The position numbers were made by a program, and so were the translations under genes. 64,000 bases of DNA from Ignavibacteriota bacterium (GTDB lineage: Bacteria; Bacteroidota; Ignavibacteria; UBA10030), in NCBI GenBank assembly GCA_963727825.1, contig CAVSHO010000009.1:288001-352000 (forward strand), read 5' to 3'. Positions within the stretch are counted from its first letter, which is position 1. The number at the start of each line of letters is the position of its first letter. The notes beneath the pieces were generated by a model, which saw only the letters and a program-made list of their open reading frames with translations, searched no databases and was not told where the DNA came from. Positions 1 to 8,243 of the stretch are shown one piece after another.

Positions 1-351
1 TCCTCGCCGAATCTCATTCTCATTGGCACCGGTTCTGAGGTTCAACTCGCGCTTAGCGCATATGAGCAATTAGTGAAGGAAGGCGTTAAAGTCCGTGTGG
101 TGAGTATGCCATCATGGGAATTGTTCGAGCAGCAAACAAAAGAGTATCGCGATTCCGTTCTTCCACCAAACGTTAAAAAACGCATCGCAATTGAAGCTCT
201 TATTACAATGGGTTGGGAAAAATATGTCGGCGATAGTGGAAAAATTATAGGTATGAATTCATTCGGCACCTCTGCACCGGTGGATGTCATCTTCAAGCAT
301 TTCGGATTTACCGTGGATAATGTAGTGAAAACGGCGAAGGAAATTTTGTAG
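1..351 (+). CDS. tkt: Transketolase, C-terminal part (runs off window start)
   Basis: Frame 1 reads [13 protein letters not shown]...[11 protein letters not shown]...[11 protein letters not shown], the transketolase C-terminal domain. Confidence 0.95.
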   Translation, partial: SSPNLILIGTGSEVQLALSAYEQLVKEGVKVRVVSMPSWELFEQQTKEYRDSVLPPNVKKRIAIEALITMGWEKYVGDSGKIIGMNSFGTSAPVDVIFKHFGFTVDNVVKTAKEIL

Positions 352-387
352 TTTTATTTCAACAAACTATAAGTCCTCTTGCAAAAA

Positions 388-781
388 ATGGAGACAAAAG
401 GACATGGTATGACACGTGTCTTTAATAGAGTTTCTGAGACGCCGAAAAGAAAGTCTTTACGTCATTAGATGCCGGAAGCAGAAGTTATCCTATGGTCAAA
501 ACTTCAAAGTCGCCAAGTGGATGGTCTGAAATTTCGACGACAGTATAGCGTAGGCAGGTTTGTTGTTGATTTCTATTGCTCTGAATTGAAATTGGCAATT
601 GAAGTTGATGGTGACAGTCATTTCCAAGGTGGGCGCTGAACAGCGTGATGCAGAACGTGAGACTTTTATCAAACAATACGGCATCAAATTTCTTCGATTT
701 ACTAACTCTGATGTGAGAGAAAATCTTTACGGTGTATTATCACAGATTTGGGATGCAGTCAATTTGATGAAACCAAAGTGA
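388..781 (+). pseudogene. DUF559 (Vsr-like) endonuclease, disrupted
   Basis: Reads ...KRKSLRH*MPEAEVILWSKLQSRQVDGLKFRRQYSVGRFVVDFYCSELKLAIEVDGDSH, then shifts frame near 630 to ...RDAERETFIKQYGIKFLRFTN; in-frame TAG at 466-468. Confidence 0.85.
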
Positions 782-787
782 CACCTT

Positions 788-897
788 TCCCATCCTTGCC
801 AAGGAGGGGTGTCCCGATTGCATCGGAAAATGAAATCGGGACGGGGTGGTCGAAAAAAAATACGACCCCCTGTAAGTCCCCCTTGATAAAGGGGACA
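788..897. repeat. Cluster of GC-rich REP-like palindromes after the DUF559 gene
   Basis: TCCTTGCCAAGGA, GTCCCGATT...AATCGGGAC and GTCCCCCTTGATAAAGGGGAC hairpins. Confidence 0.6.
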
Positions 898-938
898 AAA
901 TTAATGTTACATAAATTCGCAATCATTAAATAAAAACT

Positions 939-1673
939 ATGCATCGATTCCTTTTTTATTTGATTCTTATTATCATTTTCGGAATATCATATTCTCATGG
1001 AGGTGAACCGAAAGAGATATCATTTGATCAGACACCTGATAGTAAGATCAGTACACGCATCTATCAAGACCAATCGCAGACTGAACAAACCGAAAGCTCA
1101 AAGAGCAGCATATATTTTCAGTTTAGTACTAGTGGATTATATTCATTACTAACGGATTGGAAAAACCAAAACCTCCAGACTGATGGAACAACTCCTTCAA
1201 CCAAATCCTTTGTTTTCGGAGCCGAGTGCGGTTGTGTTATTAATAAGTATATTCAGGTTGGCTTCGGATATGAGTATTTCTTTACTACAAAAGTCTCAAC
1301 TCAGGAAGCCACTGGAGATCAAATCAATAGCACATTCTTCTATGGATCCATCAAAGCTGAGATGCCGCTTGAATCCGTCCCAGATCTATCTTTATTTATC
1401 GACCTTGATATTGGTTCGATTTCGGCGACAGAGGTCTTAGAAAACTATGGTGAAGAATTAGATTTTAATAGAACAGGATCAACTACAGGATATCGATTTA
1501 TGCTTGGCGCACAATATTTTATGACAGATAATTGGTCTATTATGGCCGGAGGAGGATATCTTTTTGGAAAAGTAAATAAGGTAACCGTGGGTGGACAAAC
1601 CTGGCCCAATTACTCACTGGACTTATCCGGTTTCACAATGAGATTTGCTGTTAATTATCATATTCCATTGTAA
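939..1673 (+). CDS. Outer-membrane beta-barrel protein
   Basis: Signal peptide, alternating aromatic/Gly beta-strands, C-terminal RFAVNYHIPL. Confidence 0.7.
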   Translation: MHRFLFYLILIIIFGISYSHGGEPKEISFDQTPDSKISTRIYQDQSQTEQTESSKSSIYFQFSTSGLYSLLTDWKNQNLQTDGTTPSTKSFVFGAECGCVINKYIQVGFGYEYFFTTKVSTQEATGDQINSTFFYGSIKAEMPLESVPDLSLFIDLDIGSISATEVLENYGEELDFNRTGSTTGYRFMLGAQYFMTDNWSIMAGGGYLFGKVNKVTVGGQTWPNYSLDLSGFTMRFAVNYHIPL

Positions 1674-1774
1674 TTGCAACAGACGAAATTTAAATCGAAT
1701 ATTGATAAAATTAAATAATTTGTATTTTATCTTCAAACAGCAAATCTATAACGAATCTCTAATCTAATTATTCT

Positions 1775-3178
1775 ATGAACTCTTCTTCCGATCTTCCCGT
1801 TCTTAGCCCTGAATTCCGTAAGCAACGCATCATCAATTGGATGTCGCTTGGAGTTCTGTACGCATTCTTCTATATGACGCGTTACAATTACACCGCAGTC
1901 GCCCCCGCTCTGGCGGATTTACTCGGTTGGAAGAATACGGATCTTGGCGTATTCGAAACGATCATGCCGCTTGTGTATGGACTTTCCGTTGTTTTGAATG
2001 GCCCTTTCGCTGATCGAATCGGCGGGAAAAAAGCATTTCTCTTCGGAGCCATTGGTGTTGCAATTATGAACTTTCTGTTCGGCCTTGCGAGTCTCGCTGT
2101 TATTTCTCCGGCGGTCTGGGAAGGAATCGGAATGGCACGCCATGTCATCATTCCTGCTTCTCTTAAATTCGGATTATCAGGCGGAATGATTCTTACGCTT
2201 ATGGCAATTGTCTGGGGATTGAATGGATTCTTCCAATCGTTCGGCGCGCTTTCGATTGTGAAAGTTAACGCTCAATGGTTCAACGTCCGAGAGCGGGGCA
2301 CATTTGCTGGAATTTTCGGTGTGCTGATTCGCTTGGGATTACTATTAGCATTTCAGGGTGTGCCGCTTATTTTACTTTTTTTCCCGTGGCAGTATGCGTT
2401 TTGGATTCCAGGTGCGTGCGTATTGGTACTCTTTGTCATCAACTATTATTTTATGTTCAATTCGCCTAAAGATGCGGGATTGGGTGACTTTGAAACTGGT
2501 GACGATCCAGAAGACAGCGATGGCAAACCGTCGTCTCTTAAATATGTTCTTAGCAGGGTTTTTGCATCACGCATTATGTGGATGATTGCACTTGGTTCAA
2601 TGATGATTGGTTTCGTGCGCCGGAGTGTAGTGGATGCCTGGTGGCCAAAATATTTTGTGGATTTCTATGGCGCAGACAAAGCGCACTTCGCGACTTATCT
2701 TCCATACATAATTGCGACGTGGGGAATTGCGATCGCCGGTATCGCAGGCGGGTTTGTGTTCGGTATCGCTTCAGACCGCACCTTCGGCGGACGGCGCGGA
2801 CCGGTAATTACATTCGGATTCATCGGGATGGCAATAATTCTCGCTCTCTTTGGTATATCAGATATTCTCAACTTTGGCCCTGTGATGGCAGCGTGCTGCA
2901 TTGTGCTTCTCTCATTCTGTGTAAACGGTGCGCATGGAATGATTGGCGGTGCAGCATCGATGGACTTCGGTGGGAAAAAAGCTGTGGCAACAGCTGCCGG
3001 ATTATTCGATGGAATGCAATACCTTGCCGGCGCATTTGTTGGAATAGGTGTCGGTTATATCACTACAAACTGGGGCTGGGAAGCGTGGCATTGGGCGCCA
3101 ATTCCATTTGCACTTATCGGCGCTTATGTAATGTCGCGTCTGTGGAACGTGATGCCGAAAGGGAGAAGCGGACATTAA
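1775..3178 (+). CDS. MFS transporter, GlpT/UhpT (organophosphate:Pi antiporter) family
   Basis: FFYMTRYNY, GPFADRIGGK, WFNVRERG, ASDRTFGGRRGP, KKAVATAAGLFDG motifs; many TM helices. Confidence 0.85.
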   Translation: MNSSSDLPVLSPEFRKQRIINWMSLGVLYAFFYMTRYNYTAVAPALADLLGWKNTDLGVFETIMPLVYGLSVVLNGPFADRIGGKKAFLFGAIGVAIMNFLFGLASLAVISPAVWEGIGMARHVIIPASLKFGLSGGMILTLMAIVWGLNGFFQSFGALSIVKVNAQWFNVRERGTFAGIFGVLIRLGLLLAFQGVPLILLFFPWQYAFWIPGACVLVLFVINYYFMFNSPKDAGLGDFETGDDPEDSDGKPSSLKYVLSRVFASRIMWMIALGSMMIGFVRRSVVDAWWPKYFVDFYGADKAHFATYLPYIIATWGIAIAGIAGGFVFGIASDRTFGGRRGPVITFGFIGMAIILALFGISDILNFGPVMAACCIVLLSFCVNGAHGMIGGAASMDFGGKKAVATAAGLFDGMQYLAGAFVGIGVGYITTNWGWEAWHWAPIPFALIGAYVMSRLWNVMPKGRSGH

Positions 3179-3183
3179 TCAAG

Positions 3184-3339
3184 GAATCCGGTCACCGACC
3201 GGATTAAATTATAATCAATCCTTTTTTAAAATCTATATCAATCCGATTTGATAATCGGATGCTACAATATTGAATGAATATGTAGAATCCAGTCACCGAC
3301 TGGATTCCATAATCATCCGATCTAATGATCGGATTCTAC
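3184..3339. repeat. Two tandem GTAG-type REP doublets (BIME/REPIN-like) between convergent genes
   Basis: GAATCCGGTCACCGACCGGAT + ATCCGATTTGATAATCGGATGCTACA, then TGTAGAATCCAGTCACCGACTGGAT + ATCCGATCTAATGATCGGATTCTAC. Confidence 0.8.
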
Positions 3340-3349
3340 TCAACGGATT

Positions 3350-4060
3350 TTATTTCTGCAAACTCCATAGTTTCTTCGTTACACGCTCAAGCTCGGGAGC
3401 GATGAGTGCCGGATCCATTGTCTTCTCCGGCATGTTCTCAAATGCACAATATGGAATCTTGTGTCCCTTCACTTCGATGAAATTTGGATCATTCGCTATC
3501 AATTGTTCCCAATCGTTTGTCTTGTAATAGAATTCCATCTTCTCATCCGGTAAAGAATGATAGAGAATAGAATCTTCCTGACCGGGCCGTGCACGTCTGC
3601 GATTCTTGCGGACAGATTCTTCATACGGTACTTTGATATACATCAGCGATGCTTTGCTGAGCATCTCGTCCGAAAGAAATGTCAATGCATGATGAATAGC
3701 ATTTTCACCTCCTCGTGCGAATTCCACAAGTGTTGTCATCTTATCATGATATGCTGGGTCTTTCAATACTTTCTTTTTGTAATCCAGCGCTATACGATCC
3801 ATATACAAATCCCAGATATATTGATCCTTGAACCAATACTTTTCGTCGCTCCAGATACGCGGCTTGCTGAATCGCGTCATCAAATCATCTAATTCAAATG
3901 TCTCCCACACATAAACGAAATCATCAAGTTCCTCAAAGTTGGCAATGTGAAATTTTTCCAACCGTACAATTGGATCGCATTTTTTTAGAAAGTCTATGAC
4001 TTCAGATTTACCGGCAGCCGGTCGCCCGGTAATAATCAGGATAGGAAAATGTTGATTCAT
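3350..4060 (-). CDS. P-loop NTPase, nucleotide-kinase-like fold, unknown substrate
   Basis: N-terminal Walker A GRPAAGKS; lid-like RKNRRR. Confidence 0.7.
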   Translation of the reverse strand: MNQHFPILIITGRPAAGKSEVIDFLKKCDPIVRLEKFHIANFEELDDFVYVWETFELDDLMTRFSKPRIWSDEKYWFKDQYIWDLYMDRIALDYKKKVLKDPAYHDKMTTLVEFARGGENAIHHALTFLSDEMLSKASLMYIKVPYEESVRKNRRRARPGQEDSILYHSLPDEKMEFYYKTNDWEQLIANDPNFIEVKGHKIPYCAFENMPEKTMDPALIAPELERVTKKLWSLQK

Positions 4061-4080
4061 GATTGTTCCTTTTAATATCT

Positions 4081-5595
4081 TTATTTCACTTCTTTGATGC
4101 GGTATTCGATCTCGGAGGAGATTTCTTTCATCGCCCGGACTTTTGTTTCGATAGCCGAGAAAACAGTTTGATCAAGTACTGTAAGCTTTGATGGCTTTAA
4201 TCCAAAATATTTTTGGGACTCTCCCATCATATAATCGCTCGCAACACCGGTATAGATTTTCGATTCCTGCAGTGGTTTTCCGTTCACTAAGAATTTCTGG
4301 AAATCGATTTCTCCGTTCTCCTTTTTCTTCCATTCGCACTGAATGCCTGAGGTCTGGACACCACCTTGTTCCTTAATGATGAATTCAACCATCAACCGAA
4401 TCTGTTTTGCTGTTAAAGGGAATGTTGTGAGTAAATTTCTGAACGGCAGGATCTCAAAAATATCCCTCTTTGTGATCTGCCCTGCTGAAAGGTCTTTTCG
4501 AATGCCGGAGGAATTCATAAATGATACATCCGCATTGACTGCTTCACGTTGTGCATCGGCAATAAAGTTGCCAATACCGCTTTCACCATGCCCTCTCTTC
4601 CAATCGGTCTTTAGTGTAGCAATGACTTTTGAATAGTCCTGATCTATTACTGATTTCATAGAGTCAATAAAAGCAGAAAGCTCCGTCTTTGGTCTGGTAG
4701 CATTGTACCATAGTTGGACAAGGTTCCCATCGTACAAAATCACATGATGTTTTTCTACCTTTAAATCGAGAACGCCAAGATTTTCACAATTTGATCCAGT
4801 TTGTACGATGAGTACACCATTGATATTTTTTGGATGACTAAGCCGCGTATGCGAATGTCCGCCGACAATTAAATCTAAACCTTGCACATTCATCGCCAAA
4901 ATTGAATCTGCATCTACACCTTCGTGAGTGAGCGCAATCAGCAAATCTGTTTGAGGATTAAGCAATGCAATAAGCCGCTTCACAGTCTCAATCGATGGAA
5001 GGATTTTGATACCTGCAGCTGCTGTTTTGGTTGACGAGATTGTAGAAGTCATCAGACATTATGCCGATAATGCCGATCTTCAATCCATTTTTCTCGATGA
5101 TGATATATTCCTTATTGTTGACGGGAAATTGGTTTAACGTATCGAGAATATTGGCAGAGATTGTAGGAAACTTTGCAACGCTTTGTCAGCTTACGAAGAT
5201 TATGCCACTGAAATATCAAAATCATGATTGCCCGGCGTCCACAGCTCATAGCCAATGCGATTCATCATTTCAAACAACGCCCCACCTTCAGCGCCATCGT
5301 ATGTATATTCTGTGATCGGATTTCCAGTCATCACATCGCCGGCATCAAGCAATAGGGTTGTGGACTTAACGCGGCGCAAGCTGTCAACGACAAACGAGAG
5401 TTCATTAAATCCACCTACAAGAGGTTTGGGATTATCCTTCACCCAAAATGCTTCATGCGGAATAAAACTCGCGTGGATATCGTTGGTATGTAAAATAGTA
5501 ATCGTTTTCGGCTGGCAAAACGAAACCGTCAGTGACGTCAATAAAATGATCATCTGTAGCATGATCCTTGTGAACCGCTGTACTGATGTTTTCAT
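4081..5595 (-). CDS. Secreted bifunctional metallophosphatase/5'-nucleotidase, split by three apparent +1 frameshifts
   Basis: HTNDIH, DAGD, GNHDFD, LTHEG, GGHSH, NSSGIR, LPFRN motifs; linker FPTISANI..GLKIGIIG lies in another frame (about 5010-5205); 1515 nt minus 3 gives 503 aa. Confidence 0.85.
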
Positions 5596-5704
5596 AAATA
5601 ATCCTGTTATGTGATAAGAATTGTTGCGGGCAAGATACAGATAAAAAACATCTTTCGGAATAGCTCATGCTGCTATTTATAGTAATTATTCCATTTTTAT
5701 CAAC

Positions 5705-5734
5705 AAAAAAAAGGGCGAATCGTGCGATTCGCCC
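5705..5734 (-). terminator. Rho-independent terminator of trpB2
   Basis: GGGCGAATCG-ca-CGATTCGCCC followed by a T-run on the minus strand. Confidence 0.85.
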
Positions 5735-5762
5735 CCTTCTGAAAAATTATCTATTTAGTGTT

Positions 5763-7076
5763 TTATTTCCCATTGCCATTTCCGTTGCCAAGTTTACCGG
5801 CAAAGTACGCATCGTAAGCGCTCATATCGAAATGTCCATGACCGCTTAGATTAAAGAGAATATTTTTTTTCGTTCCTTCAACTTTAGCTTTCTTTGCTTC
5901 CTCAATTGCCGACTTGATAGCATGTGATGATTCCGGTGCGGGAATGATTCCCTCGGTTTGGGCGAATAGCACACCCGCTTCGAAGACTTCCATTTGATTA
6001 TATGCCTGAGCTTCGATCAACTTTTCATGATATAATTTGCTGATAATCGGCGACATCCCGTGGTACCGGAGTCCACCCGCATGAATGGAAGGAGGTATAA
6101 AATCATGACCAAGGGTATACATCTTGACCATAGGCGCCATACCGGCGACATCGCCTAAATCGTACCGATATTCCCCCTTTGTCATTGAGGGACAAGAAGT
6201 CGGTTCGACGGCAATCCCTCGTACCTTTTTTCCTTCGAGTTTATCTTTGATGAAAGGCAGTACAATTCCGCCAAAATTGGATCCGCCGCCGACACATCCT
6301 ATAACGATATCGGGATATACACCTGCTTTTTCTAATTGCTTCTTCGCTTCCAATCCAATTATCGTTTGATGTAATAACACATGATTGAGCACACTCCCAA
6401 GTGAGTATTTCGTATCATCACGTCCAACAGCATCTTCAACCGCTTCGCTGATTGCTAAACCAAGACTGCCGGTACATTTCGGATCTTTTGCCAATGCATC
6501 GCGCCCTGCTTTAGTATCTGTACTTGGACTTGCAACTACTTCTGCTCCCCAAGTATGAATCATTGAGCGGCGATACGGTTTTTGTTCGTAACTCACTTTC
6601 ACCATATAAACCTTACACTGCAAACCAAACATCTTGCACGCAAGTGCAAGTGCACTTCCCCATTGTCCAGCTCCTGTTTCTGTGGCAATACGTTTTACCC
6701 CCTCCTTTTTATTGAAGTACGCCTGAGCAAGCGCTGTGTTTAGCTTATGACTTCCTGCAGGGCTAACACCTTCGTACTTGTAATATATCTGAGCAGGTGT
6801 ATCGAGTGCCTTTTCAAGATCCAGGGCGCGAATAAGAGGAGTTGGACGAAATGTTGCATACGCACTCCGCACTTCATCCGGGATTTCTATGAAGCGTTCC
6901 GCGCTTACTTCCTGCTTGATTAATTCCATAGGGAATATTGGGGCAAGATCTTGTGGACCAATCGGCTGTTTAGTACCTGGATGTAAAGGCGGATCTAATG
7001 GAGTAGGTAAATCGGCTGCAATATTATAATAGTGTGTCGGGATTTCGCTCTCTTCGAGCATAAATTTACGTGGCAT
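5763..7076 (-). CDS. trpB2: TrpB2-type tryptophan synthase beta chain (stand-alone)
   Basis: [15 protein letters not shown] (PLP Lys), [25 protein letters not shown]. Confidence 0.93.
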   Translation of the reverse strand: MPRKFMLEESEIPTHYYNIAADLPTPLDPPLHPGTKQPIGPQDLAPIFPMELIKQEVSAERFIEIPDEVRSAYATFRPTPLIRALDLEKALDTPAQIYYKYEGVSPAGSHKLNTALAQAYFNKKEGVKRIATETGAGQWGSALALACKMFGLQCKVYMVKVSYEQKPYRRSMIHTWGAEVVASPSTDTKAGRDALAKDPKCTGSLGLAISEAVEDAVGRDDTKYSLGSVLNHVLLHQTIIGLEAKKQLEKAGVYPDIVIGCVGGGSNFGGIVLPFIKDKLEGKKVRGIAVEPTSCPSMTKGEYRYDLGDVAGMAPMVKMYTLGHDFIPPSIHAGGLRYHGMSPIISKLYHEKLIEAQAYNQMEVFEAGVLFAQTEGIIPAPESSHAIKSAIEEAKKAKVEGTKKNILFNLSGHGHFDMSAYDAYFAGKLGNGNGNGK

Positions 7077-7168
7077 AATGACCTCCGTGTTATTGATTAT
7101 TGATTTTATTTATGTGATTTAAAATTGTGAACAGAGGTTCCCACGATAAATCGATTCGGCAAAAAACG

Positions 7169-7252
7169 AAAAAAGTGGGAACGCACTAGTCCGCGTTTCC
7201 ACCTTTGCTGGGTAATCGATGTAAATGAGCTACCTCAGAGGAAGCGCGGACT
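7169..7252 (-). promoter_or_regulatory. Trp transcription attenuator (terminator and antiterminator)
   Basis: Terminator GTGGAAACGC-ggactagt-GCGTTCCCAC-TTTTTT (7202-7169); AGTCCGCGCTTCC (7252-7240) in the leader ORF can pair with its 5' arm. Confidence 0.85.
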
Positions 7253-7310
7253 TTATCCAGCGCCACCACCAAGCCTGTTGCTGACTGCGATATTGCACTT
7301 CATTGCTCAT
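7230..7310 (-). CDS. trpL: Trp leader peptide MSNEVQYRSQQQAWWWRWIKSALPLR (26 aa)
   Basis: Four Trp codons in five positions, directly upstream of the attenuator and trpB2; too short for the ORF track. Confidence 0.9.
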   Translation of the reverse strand: MSNEVQYRSQQQAWWWRWIKSALPLR

Positions 7311-7319
7311 TCTGGAATT

Positions 7320-7348
7320 AGAATAAGAAATCTTTGAAAAAAAGTCAA
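7320..7348 (-). promoter_or_regulatory. Sigma70-type promoter for trpL-trpB2
   Basis: TTGACT-17 bp-TATTCT. Confidence 0.7.
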
Positions 7349-7431
7349 GACACATTAAAAAATATCTTTGTTAAGGTGTTCCTGCAAACATAAGAGCTCA
7401 GAAAATAAAAAAATATTAATTCGGCAATATA

Positions 7432-7474
7432 TTGACAAGGAAGAAATTGTTTATTATTGTTGAACGGTGATTCA
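7432..7474 (+). promoter_or_regulatory. Sigma70-type promoter of the TetR gene with possible operator
   Basis: TTGACA-17 bp-TATTGT followed by TGAACGGTGATTCA. Confidence 0.65.
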
Positions 7475-7495
7475 TTATTCATAAGGAAAGAAAAA

Positions 7496-8080
7496 ATGCG
7501 GAAACGCAAAGGAAACAAAGAACAAGCTATCTTAGACGCAGCGGTGAAGGTGTTTGCCCAGCATGGATATCACCGTGCTAAAATATCATCTATAGCGGAT
7601 TATGCCGGTGTTGCTACCGGTAGTGTTTATCTCTACTACAAAAATAAAGAAGGTATCTTGCTCACAATTTTTGACCGGTTATGGACTGAGTTGACTAATG
7701 GATTACGAATAATTGTAAAACGTTCAGACGTCGACCCATCGCAAAAACTCGATCTCGTGATCGACAAATTATTTGATCTCTTCATTGCCAATCCCGCACT
7801 CGCCTCTGTATTCGTTAATGAACAACATCATCTTATTAAAGATAAACGCGGGAATGTTGCCAAGCAGTACGACGATTTTCTCGATCTTGCTGAAGAAATT
7901 ATCCGCGAAGGCGTACGCAAAAACAAGTTTAATGCTGATGTCGATATTAAATTGTTCCGTCATTTTATTACCGGCGGTTTACGAAGTGTGCTTCGACAGT
8001 GGTCGGAACAATCACAGACCCTCACGCTGCACCGGCTGCGGCAGAACGTAAAGTACTTCATCAAACACGGTCTCCTTTAA
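7496..8080 (+). CDS. TetR/AcrR family regulator
   Basis: ILDAAVKVFAQHGY...IADYAGVATGSVYLYYKNKE HTH; ATG at 7496 after AAGGA. Confidence 0.93.
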   Translation: MRKRKGNKEQAILDAAVKVFAQHGYHRAKISSIADYAGVATGSVYLYYKNKEGILLTIFDRLWTELTNGLRIIVKRSDVDPSQKLDLVIDKLFDLFIANPALASVFVNEQHHLIKDKRGNVAKQYDDFLDLAEEIIREGVRKNKFNADVDIKLFRHFITGGLRSVLRQWSEQSQTLTLHRLRQNVKYFIKHGLL

Positions 8081-8243
8081 TTTTTTCCTCTAAATAGCAG
8101 ATCAATCAAAATTAGAAAAATCTTATTGATTTTTTAGCAATTATAATGCAACTTAGTAAAGTATAAACGATGGAGATGTTTTTCCGTCGTTTATTTATTT
8201 CAGCATCATTGACAATCAATCTATTCACATTATAGGATTTAAA

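Noticed and set aside
466-468. TAG read-through or recoding in DUF559
   Set aside because: TAG is a normal stop for many genes here; decay is simpler
748-944. Small ORFs across the palindrome cluster
   Set aside because: They are translations of REP-like hairpins, not credible proteins
2578-3207. Long overlapping or antisense ORFs such as 2578-3207 and 12695-13378
   Set aside because: Shadow frames of well-supported genes with no family motifs
3184-3339. CRISPR array
   Set aside because: Alternating palindromes of two kinds, irregular spacing, only two units and no cas genes; fits REP doublets
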